Origin: Dehalococcoidia bacterium | GTDB taxonomy: Bacteria > Chloroflexota > Dehalococcoidia > SpSt-223 | Direction of reading: 5' to 3' | Assembly: GCA_046328265.1 (NCBI GenBank) | Contig: JAXLWW010000019.1 | Span: 3,370-67,369, forward strand | Length of the DNA stretch: 64,000 nucleotides | Shown: in pieces, positions 35,042-44,935 of the stretch | Layout of the letters: every line of letters starts with the position of its first letter | How positions within the stretch are numbered: the stretch's first letter is position 1 | Translations under genes and position numbers: made by a program | Notes under the pieces: model-generated | What the model saw: the letters and a program-made list of their open reading frames with translations, nothing else | What the model was told of the DNA's origin: nothing | Database searches by the model: none

Positions 35042-35964
35042 ACGATTCGGATTGTGGCAACCCAGAAAATCGCCTGGACCAGCAACCCCGTCGAGACGAT
35101 GACATAGGCGGCCACTCGTTCGCGCAGGTGAAGCACGGCCGCCGCCGTGAAATCAAGCACGAACAAACCGAGCGCGATCGCCGGGAGACGAAAGACGTCG
35201 CCTCGCGGGCCGATGAAGTCCACCTCACCGAGGAGGTTGAAATGGAGTGGCAGCAGGTCAGGAAGCGACGGATAGAAATAGAGGACATAGCCAAATAGCG
35301 CTAGATTGATGAGGAGGGCGAGGGCGGTAATCGTCATCGCGACGGGGTCATGGAAGATACGCAGGCGGAGTGGTCCAGCGTAGTGGATCGTCTCGAGTTG
35401 GAGCGTCAGGCTTCGGACGGTGAGCGGCCCGGATTCCTCGGAGATCTCCGGCGGACGAAGCCGGGTGGTCAACGCATCGGCAAAACCGCGAACATCCTGG
35501 GGAGCGATCCCGTACGCCGTGCCGGGAGTCTGGACGTAGAGAAGTTGCGCGGGTGAACGGTAGGTGGCATAAAGCAGCACCTGACCGATCCCGTCCACGG
35601 TCACCCGTCCGGCGGCGTTGCCCGGCCAGTACACCCCGCTCCGGTTCTTTGGAGCGGGGTGCTCAAACCCATACGAGACGGCGGTGATTCGCTCCAGCGG
35701 GATCACCTGATGCGCCAGACCCCAGCGAATGACCAGTGCCTCGTCGGTCAGAACGTAGGAAAGCGCCAACGCCGACAGCGCCCAGTAGGCAAAAAGCGCG
35801 CTTACCGCCGCCGCCGCAAGGACAAATAGGACCAACCAGAACAGTTCAAGCGACGGCGGTGTTACCGAAATTCGATAGACGACGAACAAGAACGGGAGCG
35901 ACAGGACGGTGGGGATGGCCAAGCCAACGACGGCCGCGGGAAGACGGCCCGCCGGGATCGCCAC
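35035..35964 (-). CDS. Membrane protein with a bacterial PH-like domain and a DUF1648-like C-terminal module
   Basis: TM pair, then LSYVLTDEALVIRWGLAHQVIPLERITAV (YdbS/bPH-like). The C-terminal part has TM helices with LPDLLPLHFNLLGEVDFIGPR. Confidence 0.6.
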   Translation of the reverse strand: MAIPAGRLPAAVVGLAIPTVLSLPFLFVVYRISVTPPSLELFWLVLFVLAAAAVSALFAYWALSALALSYVLTDEALVIRWGLAHQVIPLERITAVSYGFEHPAPKNRSGVYWPGNAAGRVTVDGIGQVLLYATYRSPAQLLYVQTPGTAYGIAPQDVRGFADALTTRLRPPEISEESGPLTVRSLTLQLETIHYAGPLRLRIFHDPVAMTITALALLINLALFGYVLYFYPSLPDLLPLHFNLLGEVDFIGPRGDVFRLPAIALGLFVLDFTAAAVLHLRERVAAYVIVSTGLLVQAIFWVATIRIVY

Positions 35965-36021
35965 GATGGTGGGCCGGGAAACGGGCGCCGATTCGAGGGT
36001 AGTGATGAGGCGAACCCTCGG

Positions 36022-36960
36022 CTAGCGGGCGGCCGGCACCGGCGCCGGCTGAACCGGTGTACACCAGTCGATGTACTTCTTGTTGACCCCGCGCACCACG
36101 TCGAAATAGAGCTTGGCAATCTGGCCGGTGAGCAGCCCGATCTCGCCATTGCCGACCGGCCGACGGTCAACCTCGGTGACCGGAGTGACGTGGGCGGCGG
36201 TGCCGGTGAGAAAGACCTCGTCTGCAACATACAGTTCACTTCGGTCGATTGTCCGCTCAACCGTGTGAATTCCCAGTTCGTCGAGGGCGAGTTTCATCAC
36301 CGAGTGGCGGGTGATCCCTTCGAGGATATTCTCGTTGATGCCCGGTGTGTGAAGAACGCCGTCGCGAATGATAAAGATATTCTCGCCGCTGCCTTCCGAG
36401 ACGTGACCGTCATGGTTCAACATGATCGCCTCGTCATACCCGTTCAAATGCGCTTCGGTGCGAGCCAAGGCGCTGTTGACATAACCGCCGGTGACTTTAG
36501 CGCGTGCAGGGATCGTGTTGTCGTCGATTCTCCGCCAACTGGAGACGCATACCTTGATACCGGCATCGACATCCAGATAGTTGCCGAAAGGGCTGACGAA
36601 TATCATCAACGCATCATCCAGATCGTGCAGCCGCACGCCCAGAACCGGTGTCCCTTTGTAGGCCATTGGCCGGACATAGACGTCCTCGCGGCAATCACTT
36701 CGCTCGACAAGATCGATGGTGATTCGGCAGAGGTCGTCGACCGAGTAAGGAAGCGAGATGTTCAGCACTTTTGCGCTGCGAAGCAGACGCTGGTAATGCT
36801 CGCGCAGGCGAAACAGGTAGGTGGTCGATTCGGCATCGTTCCAGTTGCCACGAATTCCCTCGAAACAGCCGGTGCCGTAATGAAGAGCATGCGTCGCAAT
36901 CGAAACCTTGGCATCCTCGAGTGCGACGATCTGGCCGTTGAGAAACGCATGCGGCTTCAT
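36022..36960 (-). CDS. ilvE: Branched-chain amino acid aminotransferase (class IV)
   Basis: Contains HALHYGTGCFEGIRG...YVRPMAYKG...AKVTGGYVNSALA...LEGITR...EVFLTGTAA. Confidence 0.9.
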   Translation of the reverse strand: MKPHAFLNGQIVALEDAKVSIATHALHYGTGCFEGIRGNWNDAESTTYLFRLREHYQRLLRSAKVLNISLPYSVDDLCRITIDLVERSDCREDVYVRPMAYKGTPVLGVRLHDLDDALMIFVSPFGNYLDVDAGIKVCVSSWRRIDDNTIPARAKVTGGYVNSALARTEAHLNGYDEAIMLNHDGHVSEGSGENIFIIRDGVLHTPGINENILEGITRHSVMKLALDELGIHTVERTIDRSELYVADEVFLTGTAAHVTPVTEVDRRPVGNGEIGLLTGQIAKLYFDVVRGVNKKYIDWCTPVQPAPVPAAR

Positions 36961-37033
36961 GAGGGGAACCTCTCCTTTTCTGCGGCCTGTCAGGAGCAGG
37001 GCGATGGGATTATAGGTTTCCGCCCCTCGCTCC

Positions 37034-38230
37034 TCAAGCGCGGCGCTCGGCGATCAACGCCGCCACCCGATCGAGAACACGGTCGGCGACGTCGCTCTTG
37101 CTGAGCAACGGCAACTCCTCGGCGCCCACCGGAGAGAGCAGGGTAACCCGGTTGGTGTCGACACCGAAGCCCGCATCAGCCGCCGATACATCGTTGGCGA
37201 CAATCAGGTCCAGATCTTTGGCACGCAGTTTTGCTGCAGCATGGTCGAGGAGGTGTTCTGTTTCGGCGGCAAACCCAACCCGGACAAAGGGTCCCCGCAC
37301 CGTGGCGAGAATGTCCGGGTTCTGGACCAGGTCTATTCGCAGCGAAGCGCCGGATTTCTTGATCTTTTCGCTCGCCGCCTTCGCCACCCGGTAGTCGGCG
37401 ACTGCCGCTGCCATGATCAGCGCATCGCAATTTGCGGACGCTTCTTGCACCGCGTTCAACATCTGCTCGGCCGTGGCGACGGGCACGACTGTGACAGAAA
37501 TCGGCGCCGGAAGGTCGGCAGAACTGATCAACGTCACGCGGGCGCCCCGGTCGCGGGCCGCCGCGGCGATCGCATAGCCCTGTTTTCCCGACGATCGGTT
37601 GGTCAAGAAACGTACCGGGTCGATCGGCTCGCGGGTGCCGCCAGCGGTAACGACGATATGACATCCAACGAGATCGCCGTCCGTACCGAGCGTCGCGGCG
37701 AGATTGCCGAGGATGACCGACGGCTCCGCCATCCGCCCGACCCCGGTTGCGCCCGACGCAAGATGACCGACGCCCGGATCGATGATTCGGACGCCACGAT
37801 CGCGGAGCGATGCCAGGTTGGCCTGAGTAGCGGGATGTTCGAACATCCGCGACTCCATTGCGGGGGCAATCAGGATCGGGGCAGGGGTCGACAGCGCAAC
37901 ACAACCCAGCAGATCGTCAGCAAGCCCCAACGCCAACCTGGCGATGGTGTTGGCGGTCGCCGGAGCGACCAGCAGGGCGTCCGCGGCGACCGCGAGGTCG
38001 ACATGGATCACGCCGGTCGGATGGGTTGGGTCCCACAGATCGTGGGCGACCAGCCGATGGGTGATCGCCCGAAATGAGAGCGGTTGAACGAATTTCAACG
38101 CGCCCGCGGTTAGCACCGTGTCGACCAACGCCCCGGCCTTGACGAGATCACTTGCCAGTTGGACGGCCTTGTAGGCGGCGATCGATCCACTCACACCGAG
38201 GACGATGCGCCGTCCGGACAGGGCGCTCAT
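37034..38230 (-). CDS. coaBC: Bifunctional phosphopantothenoylcysteine decarboxylase / phosphopantothenate-cysteine ligase
   Basis: N-terminal flavoprotein motif GVSGSIAAYKA...PAMESRM and a C-terminal CoaB half (FLTNRSSGKQG). It overlaps coaX by 4 nt. Confidence 0.9.
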   Translation of the reverse strand: MSALSGRRIVLGVSGSIAAYKAVQLASDLVKAGALVDTVLTAGALKFVQPLSFRAITHRLVAHDLWDPTHPTGVIHVDLAVAADALLVAPATANTIARLALGLADDLLGCVALSTPAPILIAPAMESRMFEHPATQANLASLRDRGVRIIDPGVGHLASGATGVGRMAEPSVILGNLAATLGTDGDLVGCHIVVTAGGTREPIDPVRFLTNRSSGKQGYAIAAAARDRGARVTLISSADLPAPISVTVVPVATAEQMLNAVQEASANCDALIMAAAVADYRVAKAASEKIKKSGASLRIDLVQNPDILATVRGPFVRVGFAAETEHLLDHAAAKLRAKDLDLIVANDVSAADAGFGVDTNRVTLLSPVGAEELPLLSKSDVADRVLDRVAALIAERRA

Positions 38231-39000
38231 GCCGGCAAACGATTGAGTTGATAGATGTGGTACAAGCCGGTGAGCGTCAGGTCGTGATCAACGACGGTGA
38301 TCGTGGTCGACTCTTTGGCAATGGTCTCGGCGAGACCACCAGTGGCGATCACTTCGGCCTCGCCGCCCATTTCGCGCTTGATTCTTTCGACCAAACCGTC
38401 GACCAAACCGACATAGCCAAAGATGATCCCTGCCTGCATCGCCATCACGGTGTTGCGGCCAATGACCGATTTCGGCCGAACCAGGTCGATCCGTGGTAGT
38501 TTGGCCGCATGGGCAAAGAGCGCCTCGCTGGAGATGCCGATCCCGGGTGCGATCGCACCACCAAGGTAGTCGCCTTCGGCGGAAATCGCGTCGAAGGTCG
38601 TGGCGGTGCCAAAATCGACGACGATCGCCGGACCGCCATAGACCCGTGCCGCACCGACGGCGTTGGCAATCCGGTCGGCGCCGACCTCACGAGGCTGCTC
38701 GTAGATAATCTTGACACCGGTTCGGATGCCCGCCTCGACGACGAGCGGCCGCCGGCCAAACACCCGTACGCAAACCTCGATCATCGTGCCAACAAGCGGA
38801 GGCACCACGCTCGCCACGATGATGTCCTGGATTTCCTCAAGCTGGATCCCACCAGGAGGAAGCATCCCGCGCAACAGGACGGCGTACTCGTCGGGCATCT
38901 TGTGGACGTCGGTGGCAAAGCGCCAGGTCGCTCGAAGTTGGTCGCCGACATAGACACCGATGGCGACGTTCGTGTTTCCGACGTCGATGACCAGAAGCAC
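38227..39000 (-). CDS. coaX: Type III pantothenate kinase
   Basis: VLLVIDVGNTNVAIGVY...DFGTATTFD...ATGGLA. The start was set to the GTG at 39000, 6 nt after AGGAGG. The longer track ORF (to 39102) has no support. Confidence 0.85.
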   Translation of the reverse strand: MLLVIDVGNTNVAIGVYVGDQLRATWRFATDVHKMPDEYAVLLRGMLPPGGIQLEEIQDIIVASVVPPLVGTMIEVCVRVFGRRPLVVEAGIRTGVKIIYEQPREVGADRIANAVGAARVYGGPAIVVDFGTATTFDAISAEGDYLGGAIAPGIGISSEALFAHAAKLPRIDLVRPKSVIGRNTVMAMQAGIIFGYVGLVDGLVERIKREMGGEAEVIATGGLAETIAKESTTITVVDHDLTLTGLYHIYQLNRLPA

Positions 39001-39136
39001 GGATGACCTCCTGGGAGCCGCCCAGAACGCTATCAGTCCACCTTTGAGACTGTCAAGCGTGACATGGTCACCACCAGCACGGCGGTGGCGACCCAACGTC
39101 ACCGATGAGGTCGGGAAGTTCGTACGAGTCGCGGAC

Positions 39137-39352
39137 TCAGGCGGCGACGGGATTCTTACGCGGGCGGCCTCGCTTGGCAGGGGGCAATGGCTCTATCCTC
39201 GGCGGAGGTGGCGGGATGATGCCGAGAATGCGCTCTTCTTCGAGTTGGCTCAGTATCCGCGAGCATTGGAGGCAGGAGGTGATCTGTTCAATCGGGTTTC
39301 GAATAAGGTCACCGCTGCACTTCGGGCACTTCTTGAAGTAGACGTTGAGCAT
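39137..39352 (-). CDS. Small zinc-ribbon protein with a Pro-rich linker and a basic GRP (AT-hook-like) tail
   Basis: 71 aa: CPKC-N14-CLQC, then PPPPPRIEPLPPAKRGRPRKNP. The ATG is preceded by GGAGGGG. Confidence 0.65.
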   Translation of the reverse strand: MLNVYFKKCPKCSGDLIRNPIEQITSCLQCSRILSQLEEERILGIIPPPPPRIEPLPPAKRGRPRKNPVAA

Positions 39353-39523
39353 CTTGCCCCTCCGCGCTCGCCTCGCTGCGAGTCCGGATGTTGTCGGTCT
39401 CTCGTCGGCTTGCTATGAGATATACGCAGCACCCCGATGTACTGGATTTCCGTATTTGCGCCGATTCGATCATTCGTCTGGCAAGATTCCGCGCGGCGTC
39501 GAACGGAAGCGGAGGAACAGAGC

Positions 39524-39646
39524 ATGCGGTCAGGAGGAAGAGGGGTTCGCTACTGGGCGCTGCTGCTCGGGATCGGTATCCCGCTCACCTTTGGCTGCGT
39601 CTATCTGCTGGCGAGTTGCGCTCAGGGACCGCAGCCGTTGGGTTAG
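39524..39646 (+). CDS. Possible 40-aa membrane/lipoprotein-like peptide
   Basis: The ATG lies 6 nt after GGAGGAA. The sequence is MRSGGRGVRYWALLLGIGIPLTFGCVYLLASCAQGPQPLG. It is below the ORF-track length cut-off from this start. Confidence 0.35.
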   Translation: MRSGGRGVRYWALLLGIGIPLTFGCVYLLASCAQGPQPLG

Positions 39647-40590
39647 TAGAAAATCGTCCGCGTACGGTGGTAGGGGCGGTCGTCAGGCAGGCCGCTCTGG
39701 GCGGCGGTCCAGAGCAGGCAGTCGACGTCCGCTGCAGTGACGAGTCGGCCACGTTGATGCAGCACGTCGCGCAGTTGCTCGCAGGCCTGAACGGTGGCGG
39801 CACGGATCTCGATTTCCTCGTCTGAGCCGGCCGAAAGTTCGACCCGATCGTCCACCCGCACCGCAAGCTCGGGAGCATATTCAAGCACACCAAACGCTCG
39901 CAGAACCCGGGGAAGTTGATAGTCGGCGAAAGCGGTCAAGTCATTCGCATCCGACCAGGGAGGCACCGCATTGGCCGCCACAAGATCGGCGGCGAGCAAT
40001 TGCGCCCGCTTGAAAAAGCGCACCTCCACGCCATGCCAGTCTGCCCGGTCATCGAAGGAGGTGAAGTCGCTCACCAGCCGCTCAACCAGACCAGCGGCCC
40101 GACCATCGGCTTCGTCGACAAGGTTGGCGATTTGACCGTCGTAACGCTCCAGAAGCACCGTCCCAACTTCGCGCGCGTTTTTCAGACGTTGATCGAGAAG
40201 CGGAATCGGTACGTTACCGGCCAGCACTTGGGAGAGGTCGGCAAGGCCCATGTCGGCAAGGTAGGCAGCATCGAGAAGGGGAACTCCGGACTGGATCGCC
40301 CGTTTGACGGCGAAAGCAAGCGCCCAATACCCATCGAGCCGCTCGCCGCGGCAATCGATGGACCACTTTGGGTCTCCCCAGAAGCAGAAGTTGAGCGCAT
40401 CGACCAGCAGCAGATAGTGGGCGACCATCTCCGGCTCACCATCGAGGTGGTAGGTCGTGTTCCAGTTCGGCAGAGCCGGCTGGGACGCCCGAAGGGCGTC
40501 CGCCAACCCGGCGAGAGCCTCGGGGACTATCCGGACGAAGCGAGCGCTCGCGACGACCCGGTGGGTCGTTTCGCGGACGCCAAGCGTCAC
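39643..40590 (-). CDS. Queuosine salvage protein family (DUF2419)
   Basis: Contains YLLLVDALNFCFWGDPKW...GYWALAFAVKRA and a C-terminal PYHRTRTIFY, as in the DUF2419 family. The GTG start overlaps the rodA stop (GTGA). Confidence 0.75.
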   Translation of the reverse strand: MTLGVRETTHRVVASARFVRIVPEALAGLADALRASQPALPNWNTTYHLDGEPEMVAHYLLLVDALNFCFWGDPKWSIDCRGERLDGYWALAFAVKRAIQSGVPLLDAAYLADMGLADLSQVLAGNVPIPLLDQRLKNAREVGTVLLERYDGQIANLVDEADGRAAGLVERLVSDFTSFDDRADWHGVEVRFFKRAQLLAADLVAANAVPPWSDANDLTAFADYQLPRVLRAFGVLEYAPELAVRVDDRVELSAGSDEEIEIRAATVQACEQLRDVLHQRGRLVTAADVDCLLWTAAQSGLPDDRPYHRTRTIFY

Positions 40591-41693
40591 CCCCGTCCTC
40601 GGCGGGCTGCCACCGACTCAATGAGGCCGATCCCGATCATGAAGGCGATCAGGGCGGTACCGCCGGCGGAGATAAACGGCAGCGGAACACCGGTCGCGGG
40701 CAACAGTCGAGTGTTGACACCGATGTTGATCGTCGTCTGAACGAGGATGGTGACGCAGATGCCGGTGACCAGCAATCGACCGAAACTGTCGCGCGCCCGC
40801 TCGGCAGCGCGGATGGAGCGAAGCAGGATGACGAGAAATAAACCAAGAAGCAGCAGCCCACCAAGGAAGCCGAACTCCTCGCCCAAGACGCTGAAGATGA
40901 AGTCGGTCGTCTGGACACGGAGATAGTTCAACTGCGTCTGGGTCCCCGCCATCAGCCCTTTGCCGAACAAGCCACCCGAGCCGATCGAAATCTCGGCCTG
41001 AATGATGTTGTAGGAGCGGCCCAGCGGGTCCTTCTCTGGGTCGAGAAAGGTCTCGATGCGCGCCCTCTGGTAGTCATGGAGGACAAACTGATAGATCACC
41101 GGCAACGACAGCAGTCCACCGAGCCCGAGCCCACCGAAGTAGCGAAGTGGGATCCCGCTCATCAACGCCATTCCAACCCAGATCGACGCCACCACCAGAA
41201 CCGTGCCGACGTCGGGTTGCAGGAAGACCAAGACAATCGGCGGGACGGCGAGCAGTAACGACAGCACCAAGGTCCTCAAGGAGCGCACCGAGCTTTCTCG
41301 GTCGGAAAAGAACTTGGCAAGGGTGACCACCAGCGCGAACTTGGCAAGTTCCGAAGGCTGGAGTTGGATCAATGGCAGGTTGATCCAACGCTTGGCGCCA
41401 TAAGCTTCCTGGCCGAAAACGATAACCGCGACGAGCGTCAGCACCATTGCGATGTAGAGGAACGGGGCGACACGGCCGAGAAGCCGATAGTCGAGCATCA
41501 TTGCGCCGACCAGCGCGATCAGTCCAATCACCGCATAGATCGCCTGGCGCACCATCGGATGGTCGATGAGCGGCCCGCTCGCCCAGTCGCCAGTGGCCGA
41601 CGCGCTATAGATGAGGGTGAGGCCAACCAAGATCAGGCCCGCCATCGCCGCCACGATGATCGGGTCCATGCTGCGCCAGACGCGGAGGTCCAT
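40587..41693 (-). CDS. rodA: SEDS-family peptidoglycan polymerase RodA
   Basis: 368 aa, polytopic, with FtsW/RodA/SpoVE motifs (QPSELAKF...TDFIFSVLGEEFGFLG...PLPFISAGGT). It directly follows mrdA. Confidence 0.85.
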   Translation of the reverse strand: MDLRVWRSMDPIIVAAMAGLILVGLTLIYSASATGDWASGPLIDHPMVRQAIYAVIGLIALVGAMMLDYRLLGRVAPFLYIAMVLTLVAVIVFGQEAYGAKRWINLPLIQLQPSELAKFALVVTLAKFFSDRESSVRSLRTLVLSLLLAVPPIVLVFLQPDVGTVLVVASIWVGMALMSGIPLRYFGGLGLGGLLSLPVIYQFVLHDYQRARIETFLDPEKDPLGRSYNIIQAEISIGSGGLFGKGLMAGTQTQLNYLRVQTTDFIFSVLGEEFGFLGGLLLLGLFLVILLRSIRAAERARDSFGRLLVTGICVTILVQTTINIGVNTRLLPATGVPLPFISAGGTALIAFMIGIGLIESVAARRGRG

Positions 41694-41695
41694 CG

Positions 41696-43597
41696 CTAGC
41701 GGGCGGCCTGGGAACGCGAGAAGTAGTAGCGGAGGATCCGCCCAACCGCTGGGGCAGCGGTCTGCGGGCCGCCGCCACGTTCATGAAAGACCAGCACGGC
41801 GATCTCGGGGTTTTCGGTCGGGCCAAACGCATAGCACCAGCCGTGTTGGAACTGATAGACGCCGGTCCGGAGGTCGCGCTGACCGAACTCGGCGGTGCCG
41901 GTTTTCGCCGCGATGTGCATCCCCGGTACGTTGGCCTCGCGGGCGGTGCCCAAGTCCCATTCCACGCCCAGCACCATCCCGCGGCTGACGTCGTTCAGAT
42001 TGTTGATATCCACCGGCACCCGCCGGCGGACCTGCTTCTCGAAGCGTTGAACGACGTTGTTGTTGGCATCTCGAACCTCCCTGACGATCAATGGTCGGAG
42101 GAGATCACCACCGTTGGCAAATGCGGTGACCACCATCATCATTTGGAGCGGGGTCACCGCCCAGAAGCCCTGCCCGATGGCCATGTTGTAGGTGTCGCCC
42201 TTGTACCATTCCTCCTCAATCTCACGGAGTTTCCATTGTGGCGTCGGGACAATACCGCCGATCTCGCCAGGCAGGTCGATCCCGCTTGGCTCGCCCAGGC
42301 CAAACGCCCGCGAGTAGGCGGAAAGTCGGTCGACCCCCAGTCCATTGAAATCCTCGTAGCCACCGGCGAGTTGGTAGAAATAGACGTCGCCCGACCGCGC
42401 CATCGCCTGATAGAAGTCCAGCGTGCCGTGGGCGCCCCAGTCACGGAAGATGTAGGTGATCCGGGGATCGATCTCGGAGCGAACTTCGAGGTAACCCTTC
42501 GAGAAGATCTTGGTGTCGATCGTCGCCACTTTTTCCTGAAGAGCCGCCGCGCCGGTGATGAGCTTGTAGATAGATCCGGGCGGAAAATTGTCGCTGATAC
42601 CGTGATTGACCAACGGGCGGGATGGACTTTCGAGCAGTTCGTTCCACTCTCGTTCCGGCACATTTGCCGAAAACAGGTTGTTGTCAAAGCCGGGTAGCGA
42701 GACGAAGGCGAGGAGTTCGCCGGTCTTGATGTCGGTGACGATGCCGACGGCGTACTTCGAATTGCCCATCGTCGAGCGCACCGCTTCGGCCACGACGCTC
42801 TGCAAGTCACTATCGATCGTCAGCACGAGGTTGTCCCCGGCTTGCGGCGCGATTGAATCAAGTTCGCCAACCTGACGCCCCGTGGCATTGACGATGATCT
42901 GCTCTTTGCCCGGGACGCCGCGCAGGGCATCCTCGAAGGAGAGTTCGAGGCCGGTCTTGCCGATACGCTCGTTCATTCCGTAGCCGGCCACCTCAAGGTC
43001 GCGGAATTCCTCATCGGTAATCCGGCCGGTGTAGCCGAGGATGTGCGAGTAGATCGGCCCGCCGAGATATTGGCGCACCGATTCGATGCGAACTTGGACG
43101 CCCGGCAACTTGTCGTTGTTCTCCTCGATGATGAACGCGGTTGTCTGATCGACACCCGACTTGACGATCACCGGCTGAAACACCTCGCCCCGCAGTCGCC
43201 GTTGGGCGATCGGCCGCTCGACATCCTCGGGAAGCATTCGCAGTAGCTTTGCCAACCGCTCGGCCACCCGCGCCTGTTGATCGACGGGCAGGTCAAATGG
43301 TGTGATCGAGACGACAAAGCTTGGGACGTTGCGGACCAGTTGGCGCATGTTGCGGTCGAAGACGACACCGCGCACCGGCGGGATCGCTTGGAGCCGCACT
43401 CGGTTCACCTCAGCGCGGGTCTGAAAACTCCTCCCTTCGACGACCTGGAGCCTCCAAAGCTGAACGACCAGCGTACCGAACAGGAGGAACACCGTCAGGC
43501 GCAGCCCCCACAATCGCAGTCGGATCGCCACCGCAGGGGTGATCCGTGGCCTTTTCGGCGACTTGAACTTCGTACCGCCACCGAGATTGGTCAGCAC
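41696..43597 (-). CDS. mrdA: Penicillin-binding protein 2 (elongation transpeptidase)
   Basis: N-terminal TM helix and dimerisation domain. The transpeptidase motifs are PGSIYK (SxxK) and KTGTAE. Confidence 0.9.
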   Translation of the reverse strand: MLTNLGGGTKFKSPKRPRITPAVAIRLRLWGLRLTVFLLFGTLVVQLWRLQVVEGRSFQTRAEVNRVRLQAIPPVRGVVFDRNMRQLVRNVPSFVVSITPFDLPVDQQARVAERLAKLLRMLPEDVERPIAQRRLRGEVFQPVIVKSGVDQTTAFIIEENNDKLPGVQVRIESVRQYLGGPIYSHILGYTGRITDEEFRDLEVAGYGMNERIGKTGLELSFEDALRGVPGKEQIIVNATGRQVGELDSIAPQAGDNLVLTIDSDLQSVVAEAVRSTMGNSKYAVGIVTDIKTGELLAFVSLPGFDNNLFSANVPEREWNELLESPSRPLVNHGISDNFPPGSIYKLITGAAALQEKVATIDTKIFSKGYLEVRSEIDPRITYIFRDWGAHGTLDFYQAMARSGDVYFYQLAGGYEDFNGLGVDRLSAYSRAFGLGEPSGIDLPGEIGGIVPTPQWKLREIEEEWYKGDTYNMAIGQGFWAVTPLQMMMVVTAFANGGDLLRPLIVREVRDANNNVVQRFEKQVRRRVPVDINNLNDVSRGMVLGVEWDLGTAREANVPGMHIAAKTGTAEFGQRDLRTGVYQFQHGWCYAFGPTENPEIAVLVFHERGGGPQTAAPAVGRILRYYFSRSQAAR

Positions 43598-43601
43598 ATC
43601 A

Positions 43602-44105
43602 TCACCATTCCAGCCGCGGGTGTTTCATCCGCCGGTCGAGCCAACGCGCGAACGGGTAGAACACCAACACCAGCAGCGAGGTTGAGGCCGCAGTGAGCAG
43701 GACAATCGCCGGCATCGGATCGACCAACTCGACCGGGCGGCCAAGCGCCTGAAACATAATGAATCTCAGCCCCTGCAGCACCAGTTCACCCAGAAAGGCG
43801 GTAACCATTGGGAACAGGACATTCGCCGGAATGAGCGGAATTTCGCCAACCGCGGTCAGAAACGCGACCGCGCCAATCAGAAGTCCTGTCAGTCCGAGCG
43901 GCGTATCGCCCCAGAGATCGACGATGAACCCGCCGACAACCCCGAGCGCCACCGCCTGACGGTAGCCGGCAAGCGCTCCCCACGTTACCGTGGCCGCAAG
44001 CATTGCATCGGGCCGGAACGTGGTCGGCAGGACCGCCGGCAACACCGTCACGTGAATCAGTACGACACTCAGTAGGAACAGCCCACTGACCGCCACGTTG
44101 GTCAA
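43602..44105 (-). CDS. mreD: Rod shape-determining protein MreD
   Basis: 167-aa polytopic hydrophobic protein. It overlaps mreC by 4 nt and sits between mreC and mrdA. Confidence 0.7.
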   Translation of the reverse strand: MTNVAVSGLFLLSVVLIHVTVLPAVLPTTFRPDAMLAATVTWGALAGYRQAVALGVVGGFIVDLWGDTPLGLTGLLIGAVAFLTAVGEIPLIPANVLFPMVTAFLGELVLQGLRFIMFQALGRPVELVDPMPAIVLLTAASTSLLVLVFYPFARWLDRRMKHPRLEW

Positions 44106-44929
44106 TCGAGTCCGGCCGGAACGAAATTCATGATGATCTGGACCGAATCGAGGCGAGCAAACTTGACCGCCGGGTCAATCCGGGCTTCTTGGAACAGATC
44201 GACCGGGTTTCGCTTCACCTCGACCACTTGGCCGATATGGAGCCCACGAGGAAAGCTCTCTCCCAATCCGCTGGTTACCACGATATCACCGGCGCGAATC
44301 TCTTCCTGTTGGGGCAAGTAGCGCATCAAGAGGCGATCGCCCGGCAGTCCATTGACCATCCCCAGCGCGCGCGAGTCTGCCCGCTGGATCAGCGCATTCA
44401 CCGAACTGGACGAATCGACGATAAACTGAATTCGTGCGGTCGTTGGCCAGACCTGGACGATCCGGCCGACCAGGTTACCCGCCGGACTGAGCGCGACCAT
44501 CCCTTCGCGGTAGCCGGCATCGACCCCGCGGTCAATCGTGGCAGAACGAACCGGGCTGCTGGGATCCATCGCGATGATTCGGGCAGCAGTCAGGGTGAAC
44601 TGAGGGTTGCGCTTGCGAAAATCAAGCATCGCCCGCAGTCGTTCATTCTCGATATCCGATTCCTGAAGGCGGACAACCTCAGCGTTGAGTTGTTCGACGG
44701 AACGTCGTAGCCGATCGTTCTCCTCGCGCGATGCGCCGGCATCGAGGACGCCGCGCACCAGATCGCCGACCGGGCGTACTGCCGAGGTGGCCACCTGCTG
44801 GACCGGTGCGAAGGCGGCAGCAGCCGCGCCAAGAACGGGCCGGGCGAAGCCGGTGTTGGCTATCCAGATGCCGATGACGGCGAACGCCAGCCAGAGGAGC
44901 GGACCAATCGCAGCGCGGGCGCGGATCAC
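44102..44929 (-). CDS. mreC: Rod shape-determining protein MreC
   Basis: TM anchor, a coiled-coil segment (LRRSVEQLNAEVVRLQESDIENERLRAML), then a beta-barrel domain (VVTSGLGESFPRGLHIGQV). Confidence 0.85.
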   Translation of the reverse strand: MIRARAAIGPLLWLAFAVIGIWIANTGFARPVLGAAAAAFAPVQQVATSAVRPVGDLVRGVLDAGASREENDRLRRSVEQLNAEVVRLQESDIENERLRAMLDFRKRNPQFTLTAARIIAMDPSSPVRSATIDRGVDAGYREGMVALSPAGNLVGRIVQVWPTTARIQFIVDSSSSVNALIQRADSRALGMVNGLPGDRLLMRYLPQQEEIRAGDIVVTSGLGESFPRGLHIGQVVEVKRNPVDLFQEARIDPAVKFARLDSVQIIMNFVPAGLD

Positions 44930-44935
44930 CAGGAG

